From Azolla caroliniana (lineage: Eukaryota > Plantae > Polypodiophyta): a DNA stretch of 64,000 bases. Made by a program: the position numbers and the translations under genes. The notes under the pieces were generated by a model, which was not told where the DNA came from, did no database searches, and saw only the letters and a list, made by a program, of their open reading frames with translations. Location of the stretch: assembly GCA_043228905.1 (NCBI GenBank), contig JBHGNT010000004.1, forward strand, positions 4,216,001 to 4,280,000, read 5' to 3'. Below, one piece after another: positions 26,581-40,900 of the stretch (its first letter is position 1; the number at the start of each line of letters is the position of its first letter).

Positions 26581-27563
26581 GGCTTGCCGCCAGTCGCAAC
26601 CATTCGACATTGTCCATTCATCAAAAGGAATTATTATGAACTAATTACTTTTAATGATTAACTAATTAACTTGCTAATGCATTAATTGACTAACTAATCA
26701 TTAGATTAAGTTACTAATTACCCCCAACAAACAATCACGCCCTCACCCAGACCCGCTTCCGTGTTTCCTAGACTCCTGAAAAGTACCCGCTTCTCTAGCA
26801 AAATCACTAGAATACCCCTCCATTTTCCAACCACCCTCTATTTTGCTATTTGGATCAAGCCAAGAGAAAAATAGTGACAACATGTTATGCCCATTTCTCT
26901 GTTGTTATCCAGTAGATGTGGAAGTCAACACCCTTGGCCGATCGTTAACCTTTCTATCTCTTCGAGGATATTCCTCATGTAGCACAAAAAAGAAGGCCTT
27001 ACATGCATTGAGCAAATCATGTTCCTTGCAATTGAATATCTCGAACTCCTCATTGTTCAATATAGTCATTTTAACATGGATGAGCACAATGGTGATTGAG
27101 GGTGATATGATATCACATTTGGTTATGCATTTGACATTAATACCATTGGCATACAACACTAAATTGTGTACAAAATTAGCAAGTTGTCAACCAATTGTAC
27201 AAATTCAAATGAGATTTGGGCATGTTGTCATGTCAATGCACGTGCGTGGGCTACTCGAGCAGGACCACAGGGGTCTTGGACTAGGGAGGACACAAGGCTA
27301 AGAAGGTGTGGATGATGGGGACTCAGCTCTTAGGAGTCAAAAGCTCGATAGAGTCAAGTGCTCCTCAAACTGGAAAGCTCTCCAAAGTCAAACCTCTCCG
27401 GAGTCGAAAGGTCCTTAGAGTCAAAGGGAGCACATGGTTGGAGGGAGAGAAGTTTCCTCCTCTCTCTTTTTAATCGTAATTAGCTTACCTTAATGGTAAG
27501 TCATTTACATTGCTAGCATTACATCTTGGGTTCAAAACCCAATATTCTCACCTCTATGTTACT

Positions 27564-27876
27564 CCATAGATATCTCTTATTTCACTAGATGCCACTGTGA
27601 AATGTAGGGTTGAACGAAACCTCACCAACTGAGCGACATCCATCTAGGTTCTCTCTATCTCTCTCGATAAAAGCACATTGTATGTAAAATCCACTTAGTT
27701 ACAACACTTCTTAGTCTCCTTTACCTATCATATGCCTATGTAGCGAGAGGGATGTCCTGTAATGCCATTTCCATAGATATCTCTTATTTTACTAGATGCC
27801 GCTATGGAATGTAGGGGTTGAACCCATGCCACTTGGTCTCCATTGGGCAACCTTACCAACCGAGCTACATCCATAT

Positions 27877-27912
<36 letters not shown>

Positions 27913-28026
27913 TAAAAGCATAAAATTATATTAATCGTATGTAAAATCCACTTAGTTACAACACTTCTTAGTCTCCTCTACCTATCATATGCTTATGTAG
28001 GCTGAGGGACGTCTTGTAATGCCATT
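27564..28026. repeat. Imperfect tandem duplication (units ~207 and ~255 bp) containing a tRNA-like segment
   Basis: CCATAGATATCTCTTATTT at 27564 and 27771. GTAAAATCCACTTAGTTACAACACTTCTTAGTCTCC at ~27684 and ~27941. Confidence 0.85.
27806..27872 (-). mobile_element. tRNA-derived SINE head or tRNA pseudogene
   Basis: The minus strand reads GGATGTAGCTCGGTTGGTAAG...GGGTTCAACCCCTACATTCC. It has an A-box (TAGCTCGGTTGG), a B-box-like GGTTCAACCC and pairing 5'/3' ends, but no proper anticodon arm. Confidence 0.6.
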
Positions 28027-28608
28027 AAAAAACTTAAATATGCATTTGAGGAAATGATCCCCACATGCTCTAACATCCAAAAATTCGACATGAGAATGCC
28101 TTTTAGCTTCTTTATATAGACTTTCACCCCATGTCTATTATCAAACATGAAAACATAATTACACATATTCCAATTGTGTTGTAGTCCCCAATATCATAAA
28201 AATTGGAACAATATCTCCATCTCATCATTTGAACCATTTTGAACGTATTGAGAAAAACCCCATTGTTAAGGTCTCAAATAACAACGGGTTAAAACTTGCC
28301 AAATGTCCAATATACACACTATAGGACATTTAATGAACCTATGTGTACAATCCTCCAATGGAACAATGCAAAAGAAACAAGTGCCAGACCTTAGTCCTCG
28401 TCTCTTTAAGGCTGAACCTAATGGGAGCCCACTAATCATGACTCTCCATATGAATACCTTTGCACGAAATGGTTGATTGGAATGCCAACCACGTTGTAAT
28501 ATTTTCCACCACCTTGCATCCTACTTACATACATTCCACAACTTCTCTAATTTAGAAGATAGCCAAGATAATGATGCAATTGCATGATGATACAATATAT
28601 TTATTTGT

Positions 28609-28642
<34 letters not shown>

Positions 28643-28644
<2 letters not shown>

Positions 28645-29480
28645 GTAGGTCGATGATTAATAGACGAGGATAGGTTCGAAGTACGTGAATAGCATTAGGA
28701 ACACGAGATTACAAGGGATTTACACCAAAAATAAGACAAAGGACCACTTTGAAGGCCGAAAATGCTAGATTAAGAAGGAAAAAAATCCCTTTATAAAATA
28801 GGGTTACAAACGTACATGGCGATTAAATTAAAAAGGCGATACAAGAAGTGATACAATGAACGATTCGCAAGTATCCATTAAGTTTAAATGGAAACGAAAG
28901 TTCGGGAGTTGGTTGAGCTTCTAGTGAAGGTGCAAGTCAAGTGGCTCGCCGAGACCACAACTACCTTTGACGGCTATGATGCCTCAAATCGAAGTAGTGT
29001 TCTCGTACCACTTCGTCCTCCCCTTCAACGACTGACAAGCGAGTTTGCTAAACCCATCTTTTAATCCACCGACATGTAACGGTGCTTGCTAGAGAATTGG
29101 TCTCAATGTATGCTTGAGAACAAGAAGAGGAAGAACCCAAAAGCTCACGGAGAAGAAAAAAGTAAGACCTTAAGTACGTTGAGGAGAAGAAAAAGAAAGA
29201 AGCAAAATCCTAAACTCTCGAGTAAGACAATGAAGAAGAACCCTCACCCGAGCATGTTGAGAGGAAAAAGAAACCCAAATGGTGCACCCCAAACCTCAAA
29301 ATGGCCGACCTGAAATAAGCCCTCTTCTCTTTTTATAGAGAAACACCTAATTTCAGCATTAAATGCACTTATTTCCTTTCTTTCTTCAAAAAAGAAAAGT
29401 GAATAAATAGTCCTAAATCCACACCCCACACTCAAAAAATCAAACTCTATACCCTTTTCAACCTAGTGAATAAATATAAC
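28643..29480. mobile_element. Probable LTR-retrotransposon LTR/UTR remnant
   Basis: Non-coding, with a purine-rich block followed by CTTTTATAGAG, as in antisense plant LTRs. Termini and TSD were not resolved. Confidence 0.3.
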
Positions 29481-29967
29481 CACTAGACTATTCACATTTA
29501 TTTATTACATATAATATTTATTTATTTTACATATATTTCTGTAGTGTGAGTGCGCCTTCCCTTTTTTCCACTTTTCTATCTTTGGCCTTGCCACATCACG
29601 TCTTGTTAACACGTAGATTGTCATCATAAGTTGTGCTAACTTGGGTATGGAAGTTATGTGTGAAAATATAAACCATGCTAACCTTAAGCATGGAAGTTAT
29701 GCATGAAAATAACACTCATAGATAATACCAATGGAGGATATTTTTTATGGAGAAAAATAACGTGTGCAATTGAAGTAAAGAGTTATGTCCTCATAGAAAC
29801 TCACATTTTGATCAAGATAACAATCAACAAAGGTACTTTGTTAACTTTTCCTTCTTCTTTTTTCTTATTCTATCTTCTCCCAATCTAATCATGTATAGTC
29901 AATATGTGTTGTTTTTCATTGATTCAATGATGTTGTAGTGGTAATTAATTGGCTTATAAAACGTTTA

Positions 29968-30175
29968 CATATGTGTATGAGGTCAATACCTCATTTGACA
30001 TATATTTAATATGTGATTTGTGTCGTATGTGTACAAGGTTAATACCTCAATTGCATATTACGTTCACATACATATGTTACGTATCCGTATGAGGTCAATA
30101 CCTCGATTTCTATGTAAACGATATGTGTTTGGTCTCATATGCGTAAGAGGTCAATACCTCAATTGCATATTATGA
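29968..30175. repeat. 56-bp period tandem array with palindromic core GAGGTCAATACCTC
   Basis: Cores start at 29979, 30035, 30091 and 30147. Confidence 0.85.
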
Positions 30176-30890
30176 TTAACTCTTATTTTTGGATGTTTCG
30201 TGTGATATGCCTCGATTACGTGTCTCAATTTCATTAAATGTTGGCTATTTGATGTTACGATTTTTTTAAATATATGCATATGTGGTCATGTGTATATGTA
30301 TTTGATTGTATATATGTGTATGTTAGTTATAACGTGATTTCTATATCGAATGTTTTCCTTTTCGGGGAAAGGATCTTGGTGGCTATCCTCACATTTTTGT
30401 GAGAATGGCGTGGTCACCATCCTTTTTTCCACAATTTTTTTGTTGATATCCTTGTTGGTCACTTAGTTTTCGTTACGTAATGAAATGATCATAGCCACAA
30501 TGATGGTAAGAACATAGGGCTTGACCCACTTCATGTGAGGTCACTCCTATGACACACATATCCAACATTCCTCCCTCATTACATGGATACGATGCCACCA
30601 TGAGATCATTTTTACGAAAGACATTCGTAATGACGTAACCATGTGATGAGCCACGTGGGCCTACTAGAAAAAGAGGGCTCATTTGGCTTGACCATTAGGT
30701 TGCACTTTGGTGTATGCCATCGTAATTATGAGACTTGAGGTTAGGTAACGTACCAACATAGTTTGTGGTAAATGAGAGGGAAATAAGGACTCTTGACATA
30801 TATATTTCTTTTAAAAAACATATATGGGCAAATGCCTTTAATATATCTTATACGCATAAAACGTTAAACATTCAACATGAGCAACCTGTT

Positions 30891-30965
30891 TGGTTAGCTC
30901 AAGTGTTTAATGCATTTGTTCTCGAGGTCTCAAGTTCAAATATGACCAAGACCATACAACATTGT
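30891..30965 (+). mobile_element. Degenerate tRNA-derived SINE remnant
   Basis: A-box-like GGTTAGCTCAAGTG and B-box-like GAGGTCTCAAGTTCAAAT at tRNA-like spacing. Confidence 0.45.
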
Positions 30966-31390
30966 TGATACATATCACTATAATACATGTTTAGACTTTA
31001 GGTCTAACTGTACTTCGGGGTCCTCGTAATAGGACTTAAAGAGCCAAAACCACATACGTGGGCATAAAAACATAGCTTATTTTAATATTTTTTTCGTGTA
31101 TAAAGTATTCATGATACGAACATACATGGTTGAGCCTCGGGGAGCTGCCATGAAAAAAATCGATATAGAGATCAAGGAAAGACATTCATTTGTCACCCCC
31201 AAGGTTTTTAAAACACCTTTGTGTTACCATAATAACCTGATCTTGAACCTCATCTCATATGTCTAGAGGGGTATTGACGTGATATCATGATATCAATTAA
31301 TGTTGGCCCCATGATATGTTTACATCACGACTTGATGTTATGACTATTTGCCCGACCTTATCCTATTTCTTTGCCAGAAATAATCATTCA

Positions 31391-34300
31391 ATGGCTCAGA
31401 ATAACGACCCGATGTCATCCGCTCAAGTGGAAGGAACTCAAGGAAATCCTCCTGGACCAATGTCCATTGAGTTGTATTTTTTACAAATACAACATTTCCT
31501 TAGTTCAACTGCGTATCAGATGTCCGAACTTCGGCAATCTCAAAGTGCTCTCGAGGCACGTGTCATTAGTTTACAACGTGAGACTAATAAACCAAATGAG
31601 CGTTAGGGTGAACCATCATTTGTCGTAACGCCATTTACGGGAGAAGAAAAGGAAAGAACCGAAGAAGCAATCTGCACGTGGTTGGGCTAATGGGAGTCTC
31701 ATTTTGAGCTCTATCCCACGCCAGATAGTATGAAGATTGCATATGTTGGCCGAGAACTAAGGGGTAAGGCTGCCGCTTGGTGGCGTGGGCTCTGAACTTT
31801 GTCATAGTTTTCAAGGGCCAATTTCTGTAACCTCCATCTCGAACCGAGGTCGCACAAGCATTAATGAACCTCTCTAGCTGGAAATTTTCTTCGCTAGAAG
31901 GGGACAATTGGTTGATAGATTGTTTTGTCAATGGCATCCCCAATTCGAACTATCACTAGATAGTGCACGATAAGGATCCAAAATCCTTCGAAGAGGCCTT
32001 GAAATAGTTCTTCGCTATTAACGCACTTCGAAGAATGACCATAACAAACCTAATAAAGTGCCCGAGACTAAGCAGTCGCAATTCACTAGGAAACGCAAGA
32101 CACCCAACGAATTCATGGATCACGATTGTAAGCAACAACATCCTTTTTGCGTATTCTATAAAAAGAAGGGTCAAACAAAAGAACAATGTCGAAAGCTCCA
32201 ACGGAAAGAGCACGACAACAAAGCAAAAGTTGCAAACCATAAAGGCCAGATTCCTAATGTCCTTGAGGTATATACACATCATTTAAGTAATTGTCAATGT
32301 TCTTTCCCTCACTATGTATTGGGACCCAATGATTTACTACGTGCAAACGGGTATATCAATGGATTTCCCGTACAATTTTTATTTTATTCGTGAAGCTCAC
32401 ACAATTTTGTGAATGATCGTTTGGTTTAGATATGGGGAATCCAACCCACCGTAAGTGATCACACCTATAGGGTGCACTTGGCTGATGGAAGAGTACAATA
32501 CATCAACGAGGCAATTCATTCATCAAGAATTTTGATTAATACTTAGATAGAGGAAGTAGACTTCCATGTAATGAATCTCTGTACCACTGATGTAATACTT
32601 GGTTATCCTTGGTTTTTTAATAAAAACTCTTCTTTATCTATTGATTGGGTTCATCATTCAATTACTTTTATACTGAACGATTGTACTCATTTTATTCAAT
32701 GTGTGATAAAAAAATCTTTTTCGATTGTTTCCTCTCCATCAATATCCGAGTTGTCTTGTTCTACTTCGTTTTATTGTGTACTTGATCCAAACATTCACGT
32801 TTACAATATCAATAATGTCTCGGTTCAATTATCATATTTTGAACAACAACTCGATGAAATCTTAAATGATTTTCGTGATGTTTTATCGAGTGAACTACCA
32901 CATGGGTTACCTCCTAAACGTAATATAGACCATCGTATAGATATTGCATCTGACGTTGCACCAATAAGTATACCTCCTTATAGCTTAAGTCGATCCGAAG
33001 AGGATGAGGTATCTAAGCAACTGAAGGACTATTTACGAATGGGTTATATACGTTATAGTAAATCTCCATGGGGTGCACATGTTCTCTTGGTAAAAAAGAA
33101 AGAGGGCACATGGCGTATGTGTATTAATTACCGACGCTTGAATAAAGTGACGATCAAGAATTCATATCCATTGCCCCGGGTTGACGATCTAATTGACCGT
33201 CTTTAGGGAGCTCGGTATTTTACGAAACTTGATCTTCGTACGGGCTACTATCAAATTCGTATAAGTGAGGACCATGTTCCTAAAACGACATTTCGTAAGC
33301 GCTATGACCATTATGAGTTTTTGGTTATGCCTTTTGGTTTGACCAATGCTCTGACCACATTTCAACAGGAAATGAATGACATTTTTCGAGCGCAACTTGG
33401 AAAATTTGTCATTATTTTCTTGGATGATATTTTAGTTTATAGTCGTACATTAGAAGAACATGCTAAACATGTATGCTTTGTTTTACAAACATTGCGTGAC
33501 AAGCAATTCTACTCGAAGATCTCAAAATGTGTGTTCTTCAAGAAAACAATTACTTATCTTGGACATCTCATAACCGAACAAGGAGTTGAAATTGATCCTT
33601 CTCGCATCGAGAAAATCAAACTTTGGCCCACTCTTCGGAATATTTGAGAAGTTTGATCATTCCTTAGTTTTATCGGGTTTTTGCAAAAATCCCTTCGTAA
33701 TTACTCCCAATTGACGACGTCGTTTACTGATCTTCTAAAAGGTCAAATGCGTAAGTCTACAAAACCTATTGTGTGGAATGCTACACTAGACCTCGCCTTT
33801 AAGGAACTCAAGGACCTGGTGTGCAAGGCTCCTTTACTTCTTTTACCAAATCCTTCAAAAAGATTTGCTTGAGGTCAAAAAGAGAATTCTTTTTGAATGC
33901 CATGATGCACCCTCAACAAGGCACCCTGAATTACATCGTACACTCGTTCTTATCTCCACTCAATTCTATTGGCGTAAGATGCGTCCTGACATACATAACT
34001 ATGTGACTAAATGTCACCAATATCAGGTTAACAAACCCGAGCGACTTAAAGCTACAAGACTTTTACACAAGAAAGTGGACATTCCCAATAATAAGTGGAA
34101 AAGTATACCAATGGATTTTATTGTTAACCTTTCTCACAACCAAAAAGGCCATGATATTATCTGGGTTGTGGTTGATAGACTAACTAAAATGGCCAGATTT
34201 ATTGCTACTAAAACCACGGTAACAGTTCCTGAATTGGCTTACCAATTCGTTGGCGAGTTATTTCGTTTTTATGGGTTACCGATGGATATCATGAGTGATC

Positions 34301-35624
34301 GAGATCCAAAGTTTACTAATGACTTCTGGACGCAAGTCTTTAGGAAGTTAGAAACTACATTGAGCATGGGCTCCACGGATCATCCTCAATCCGATGGACA
34401 GACTGAACGAGTAAATCAAATTATTGAGGACATGCTTCGAGCATACATTGGTGCAAAACCAACAAAATGGGAACGTTATCTCCCAATCTTGAAGTTTGTT
34501 TATAACAGCTCCAAGCATACGTCGACGGGATATAGTCCTTTTATGTTGATGTATAGTTTTCAGCCACGAGCCTCGATTGATGTTAATATACATCATGATG
34601 AGTTGTGAAGTACACATAACTTTCTTCGAGATATGCAAGATATGTTGCATATTGCATGAGATAATATAAAAACAGCTCAAGATAGAGCACGTTTTTACGC
34701 CGATCATAATGGACAACCTCGTGTATTCAACCCTGGACAGAAGGTATTTTTACGTGTACCTCACAATTCTAAGACATTGTCTTACAGGTAAGTGTGCTAA
34801 GTTAGCCCCACAATTTTGTGGACCTTTTCAAGTCCTCAAATGCATTGGTTCATCAACCTATTGTCTCGCTCTTCCCGATGGCGTTGAAATTCATCCAGTT
34901 TTTCATGTAAGTCGTCTAAAAGAACTTCTAAGTTTTGGCGACAATACAATTACAACTAAAACTCTGGTTATTTCTGAAGAATTATTTTCTAAACCACATA
35001 TACTAGAAAGAATTCTCGATGTTAAAACAAAAAATGTGCGTACTAAAATAATCCACGAATTCAAAATTAAATGGATGGATAAATCTATCAAAGATGCCAC
35101 ATGGAAACGCGAAAATACTCTTAGAACTAACTTCCATTGCAAGAGTGAAATGTTTTAAAGAGGGGGGAGTATGTTACGGGCATGACCATATAATATCTCG
35201 TGGTGAGAATTACCGTAGTATTCTATATGCGTGGATAAGTGTGAGTATTAAACGAGAGTGGAAAGAAGGGGAGGATTACTTTTAATCCTCAGGATTGAGA
35301 CAACCCATTAAGCCAAGTGTGAACTTGCCTAGGGCCTTCGATATCGCCATAAATATGAGTCCTAACTACCCTCATTTCAGGATCTTTTGACTACATCGAG
35401 ACTCTATTCTTGTGGTGAGTCAACTCTTGTAGCAAGCGTGCCAGCACTAGGTACGACTCAACGCCACGACAGTAGTATGGGACGCCGATCAAGGCTCGAG
35501 TCTGTCTCGATCCCTTTGCTCAGGGGTGGTTGGGTGGATCAGCACCCTTCTTTCTCTCTCACCTTTCTTATTTCTTATATCTTTTATCCTTATCATATGC
35601 TTACGTTAGACCATAACTCTAACA
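31391..35624 (+). mobile_element. Ty3/gypsy chromovirus, degenerate and internally deleted; 3' LTR ~35172-35624; 5' LTR not found
   Basis: Eroded zinc knuckle CVFYKKKGQTKEQC and protease remnant (..[13 protein letters not shown]). RT motifs [26 protein letters not shown] and FLDDILVYS. Integrase motifs MDFI, SDRD and HPQSDGQTERVN, then GPF, and chromodomain ERILD..FKIKW..ATW. PPT GAGGGGGGAGTA is followed by TGTTACG at 35172. Confidence 0.92.
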
Positions 35625-37901
35625 TCTATGTCAACCCTCACGAAGAAATGCAAATGTTAAATCAATAGGTCAAGGTAAGGCCACATACTTGTCAATCGTA
35701 TGGGGAAGCCTTAATTTCCATGTGACGCACATGGATTTCAAATTGAGGCATATGACTATGCACACAATAAGTTTGATTGTCTATAGAGCCAAGGGGATGG
35801 TACTTATCTAGAGTGTTGACCAATTGTAAATGGTACAATCCCAAACTTGCCAAAAAACTACCTAGACACCTACAACCCCATGTGCATTGAGGATGCCTAG
35901 GCTCACTTGGGTATGTGCAATGACATTTCAACAACGATCAACCATCAATGAATTCCTAGTTGGTTGTCCCTTAGGTTATGGGGTACAGCTCCCATTCTTC
36001 AAGAGGATTTGAAGCATAAGGCAAAATGTGTCTGATTCAGAATTTACGTTCAAGAAGCCAAAAAGTGATATTACAAATCAGAATGCTCAACTTACCAGAC
36101 TCAAGTATCTCCAAACAAAATATGAGTTGTCGAGTGAAAAGGCAGTGTTTGGAACCATAAGAGTGGATTTTGAATAGAGTCTCACTCCTATCAATAACAA
36201 ATGTAGTTAGTACGCAATGCCTCTCATTAATCCATGAACTTCCCTTGTTTCTCTTCTTCATCCCATCTTTTTAAATCCAATTTACCATTATTAGTACAAA
36301 TATGGAAGATAAAAATTGAACCATGTACAAGATTTTCTGTGTTATACTGCTCGTTGCTCTAGCTGCACAGATCTGACAACATTATAATGATTTTGATAGT
36401 ATTGAATATCATTTGTCCAGATAGCAGATTTAAAGACATTCAGATAATTTAAGTAGAAAAAAGATGGCTCACTAAGACAATTACATTGAAACACCGAAAA
36501 CCTCTCTTTATGAAACTTACCATGTGAGACAATTAATGATGCCATACCAACTCCAGTGCGGAGTTTTACTTTCTGTAAGACATCAAACAAGAATGAAGTT
36601 TTGAGTTCTGTAACTAACAGAGGTATACTGCTGAAACTGCATTATACATATATTTTATTAACTAGAATAAAAAGAACACTAATTTTGATGCTGCAATTTA
36701 ATAATATAGAGGTAAGGAAAAAGAAAATCCTGTGGAGAAATTTATACATGAACACCTTTAGGAGCTCTTTAATGATATATTCAAGACTTCCTTGAAGATT
36801 TGGTGTATTCTTAACTGAGAGAACTGCAAGGTTCTACTGCAAATGAATATTTGTAAAATCACTGATATTAACTATTTACCTAGCAGTTGTATGGAGAAAC
36901 ACGCTGAAAGACCTGAAACACCAAGCCCATAAGTAATAAACCTTCAATCTCTACAGGAAGTAAACCCCTTTTTGGTGGTGATGCTATTGACATAAACTTC
37001 AGGGCTATTCGTAATGACTTGCTGTATCAAGTACTTAAACCAAACTTGCCGCCTTTCAAATTATACCAAATATTCTCATCTAAAAGAATGAGGTCAAAGT
37101 CCTTGCTCACCACCTGTGGATTCTTCATTAGTGACATGATGTGTAGCAAAGTAATCTGAAAGATGACTACTACTGAACTCTTTTAGCATTCCTCCATCCA
37201 TCTGAATGAGAACATGTGAATCAAAATAAAATCTGCTTTGATCAGCAATCAAACTCTAGTTCCATCACTATAATGTGCAATCCTGTGCAAACTATTGCAA
37301 GAAATGTGAAATGCTCTCTCATAATTCAGTAATAAATAAAATAAGCATCCAGAAGTGAATTCTTCACATGAAAATTAAATCTACATGTTATTTCCATGTT
37401 GTATATGAGAAAACATGGCTATTAAGTTTCGAAACTATGGTGATTATTGCCAAGAAATCTGTGCTAACCAGTTCTAGGCTTTCCTACGACTCAGGGTTTA
37501 GCAAAGCTAGAATTCAACCTTATTGGAACATTACAGAAGTCTTAATATTAGTGTTCCCTTACATTGACTGCCAATTTTCACACTTTCCAAGAGAAAGATG
37601 AAAGAAGCAAAATACACATATATCAAGATGAAACTAGTTACAAGAGAGACAAAAATGACGTACTTAAGGATTGTAATAGGATTGCAATATGTCAGAAATT
37701 TGACAGCTTGGAAAGACTGAAGCATGGGGGAAATATCATGTATGGTACAAAAATGAGTGTCTAGCAGCACAACCACATACACATACAATATTGCAAGTAG
37801 GAGGTTCAGTTAAGAGAAGGATACTCAACCAAGGATGCCAGTAGAGAGGGTCTTCTAGCTCTGACCAAAGCAGTAAAGATCTGCAACAGCAGCCAGATTC
37901 C

Positions 37902-40900
37902 TCAAGTTGATAAAGCTAATGGAGATAGCATCTAACAGGAAAAAGGGAGATAGCTTAACTAGGGTGGAAAGTCTATCTCTGTCCTTGTCTTCTTTAATCA
38001 TCGTTTCATTTTATTTCATTTGATTATCAATTTGGTCGACCAAAAGAACTTCGATCCTGAAACTGGAAACTTATATAATATTGTCCGTCATTTCATTTCT
38101 CGAAGACTTTCTAAACTTGATTGTATGTTATATCCAAGCTAAACCTAATCAAATGTTCCATCCAAGCATCTGGGCTTGGTCTATTTTATCCTAAACTTCA
38201 GGCCTTGTTTTCACCCTCTATCTCAAACGGTCCACCAAGGTGGCATCCACCCTTCATGTTGTGGTTGCCTGCTTTCGCCTATATACCAAGTTTATTACTT
38301 CTCCATTTCAGCCTGGGTTTGTTTCCATTTTCTTTCTATCCCCATGAATTTGTTTATTCCTTGCTTCCACTACCATCCCTTGCAGAGGATCAATGCTTCT
38401 TACAGATATGACGAAAAGAAGATTTGCAACATCTAGAGCGACAGATAATTATTTTTGAAAGCATCAAGGAATTACCGTTGCCAACAATTTAAGCAGTCAT
38501 TAACATTAGCAGTTTCTAAACAGATATTGTGATAAGTAAATTAAAAACTTTAGAAAATACTGACCTCCTTAAGAGAATGAGCTTCCTCCAGAGAACTGAA
38601 AAGAGAAGCATAGTAAGCTGGATTATATATAGATCCACCCAAAACTTCATCACTGAGTGATATTGTACGTGGGCTTGAAGGACTTAAATTTCCAAATGTC
38701 CCTGTTCGAGCCTCAGCATCAACAGGTTGATATATATGCCCCTGGTCAGAACCCAAACTGTACATTTTAAGCCATATGAACGATGAAACAAATCGTACAG
38801 AGAAGCCTGTTATTTGCATCCCAAGGGTCAACTGCAACGAGAAGGCTGTGAGCTTTCCAAGGTTTGAGTTGAGTGGAAGTTGCCTGAGATCCACAAGACA
38901 TACATTGATTCAACATCAACTATGTTCATATATACATTCTCAAAAAGTCATCTTAAATTTCTAAATATCAGAGATAGTATATACATATTCTGAAAAAGTT
39001 CTTCTGAAGTTTCCAAATACCAGAAAGATGTTAAATAAAGTGATCCATTGTTGATCTAGAGCATTTATCAAAGTCTTGTGCAAATACTTCCATGTTTTAT
39101 TCTTTTATAAATGAAGCACTTGTATTAAACACCAAAAAATCTAGAAGTTACAACCCTTTAATACTTGAGTAGAAGAAATATTTATTCACCATTCAAGGAA
39201 CATTTGAAATGGTTTAGATGGTAGCATATGCGTTTTGTGCTTCTATACTCTAGGCACTACTAGCAGTTATTGTTAATTGTCCACATCAGGTTCCACATTT
39301 GGGTTGTTATCTACTGTCTTCTTTTCGGATTGTGAAATGAAGTTGTGCTAAATATATGCCATTACAATTCCACAGAATACAGAACCATAAATTCCTAAGG
39401 TTGAAATGTTAAATGCCATTTCTACTCGCAAAATGAAATCAATTATAAAATTGCATACCTTATTTCAACGGAGAAAAGGATAAACCATGCAACGTCCAGT
39501 AGAAGTGTACAAATGAGCAAAACTCCATAGGTTCGCCCCAGCACCTGACTGCTGCTCTCTATAGCAATGAGGGCAAAGAGCGCAATTGCCAAATTAGCTG
39601 AAAGAACTCCTGTGTAGGACATTCCTAATGATCCAATTAAGGAGCATCCCACCTTTAAATAAAGGAAAACAGTATCAATATCTCATTTAAATAAATTAGA
39701 AATGCATTAATATTTATGTATAAGCGTCTACCAAAGCTAATACATGGATTGTTAAAGAAATGCCTTGATGATACTTTTAACTACATTTTGCAGAGGAGGA
39801 ATTCTATTAGCCCCTTTTCATATAATTATCTGAGAATGGCCATTAATAATGAATTACAAAGGAATGACAGTACTACAGTGAAAAATGTTGCAGTAGATGA
39901 TTGCGCCTAGTAGTTGTCCATATAATCCTCTTGAATGAACAAGAAAGAAAGTGACCGTAGAATAAAATGAAAAGCGACAAAAAAAATGCTCAGAAACAAA
40001 TGCTAACAGTTGAGAAATTCTCCCACCACCTTTGTCATGTAAAAAACCTTGTAATGAATATTGAGAAGAGAATTAGAAATATATGGCAGTCAATGCCTAA
40101 ATAAGTGAAAATCTTCTCCCAGTATTTTTTATACAATCATATTGCCATGATTGCCAATGATAGGCAACTAAAAAACCATCTACATGGAGAAATATTGATT
40201 GTTTCACCATATCTCTTAGTATCTGAAGACAAAACTAGAAAGGAATGTAACTAGAAAAACGTGACAAAGAAAACAAAGAATCATGCAAAGACATGAAGTG
40301 GCGAAAATTCCCTACCGCTTTTTGCATACAAAATTTTCTTGGAATGAATATTGGTGATCAATTAAAGGAAATTGCAGCCTTGGAATGGAGTGCTGATGAT
40401 ACAACTAGAAAGAAAAGGCAATCTGCAAACGAAAGGGGGAGGGGGGAATGTTTGTCAAATGCAGCGACAAATTTTGCAATAGAGAACTTCTTCTAGAAAT
40501 TTTTCATACAAATCTTATGGCATGAATACTGATTATACTGAAATAAAAAAGAAAGTATAATCATAGAGAAAGGCACCACATTTCCACATCTCTCACCATG
40601 TGGAGGAGACATAACAAGACGGAAATGTCAGAAACACAGATGTACCAGCAGCGGGATTCTCTCAGCACATTATATATATAAAGAAATAGAAAAATTAAAT
40701 GAGAAAGAAAACAAAGAGAAATGCACAAAAAGTATCCCATTTATATTTTTAGGTTAGACAAACATCTTTGAAGTATAGGATCAAAAACAAAAAATCTTAA
40801 AGAATCCAATTTTGCAGTTGAACCAGCAGTGCATACAATTCTCTCATCAAGGAAATGAGTGATGAGCAGAGGTGGAGATAAAGGTGGGATTTTCACCACA

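Noticed and set aside
26843-27301. 152-aa ORF upstream of PFK
   Set aside because: Non-ATG start and no recognisable domain; probably a TE relic, family not assignable.
27806-27872. Functional tRNA gene
   Set aside because: Too short, no canonical anticodon stem-loop, and an imperfect T-loop; treated as a SINE or pseudogene.
29968-30175. CRISPR-like repeat-spacer array
   Set aside because: Eukaryotic context, no cas genes, a core of only 14 bp, and linkers related to one another.
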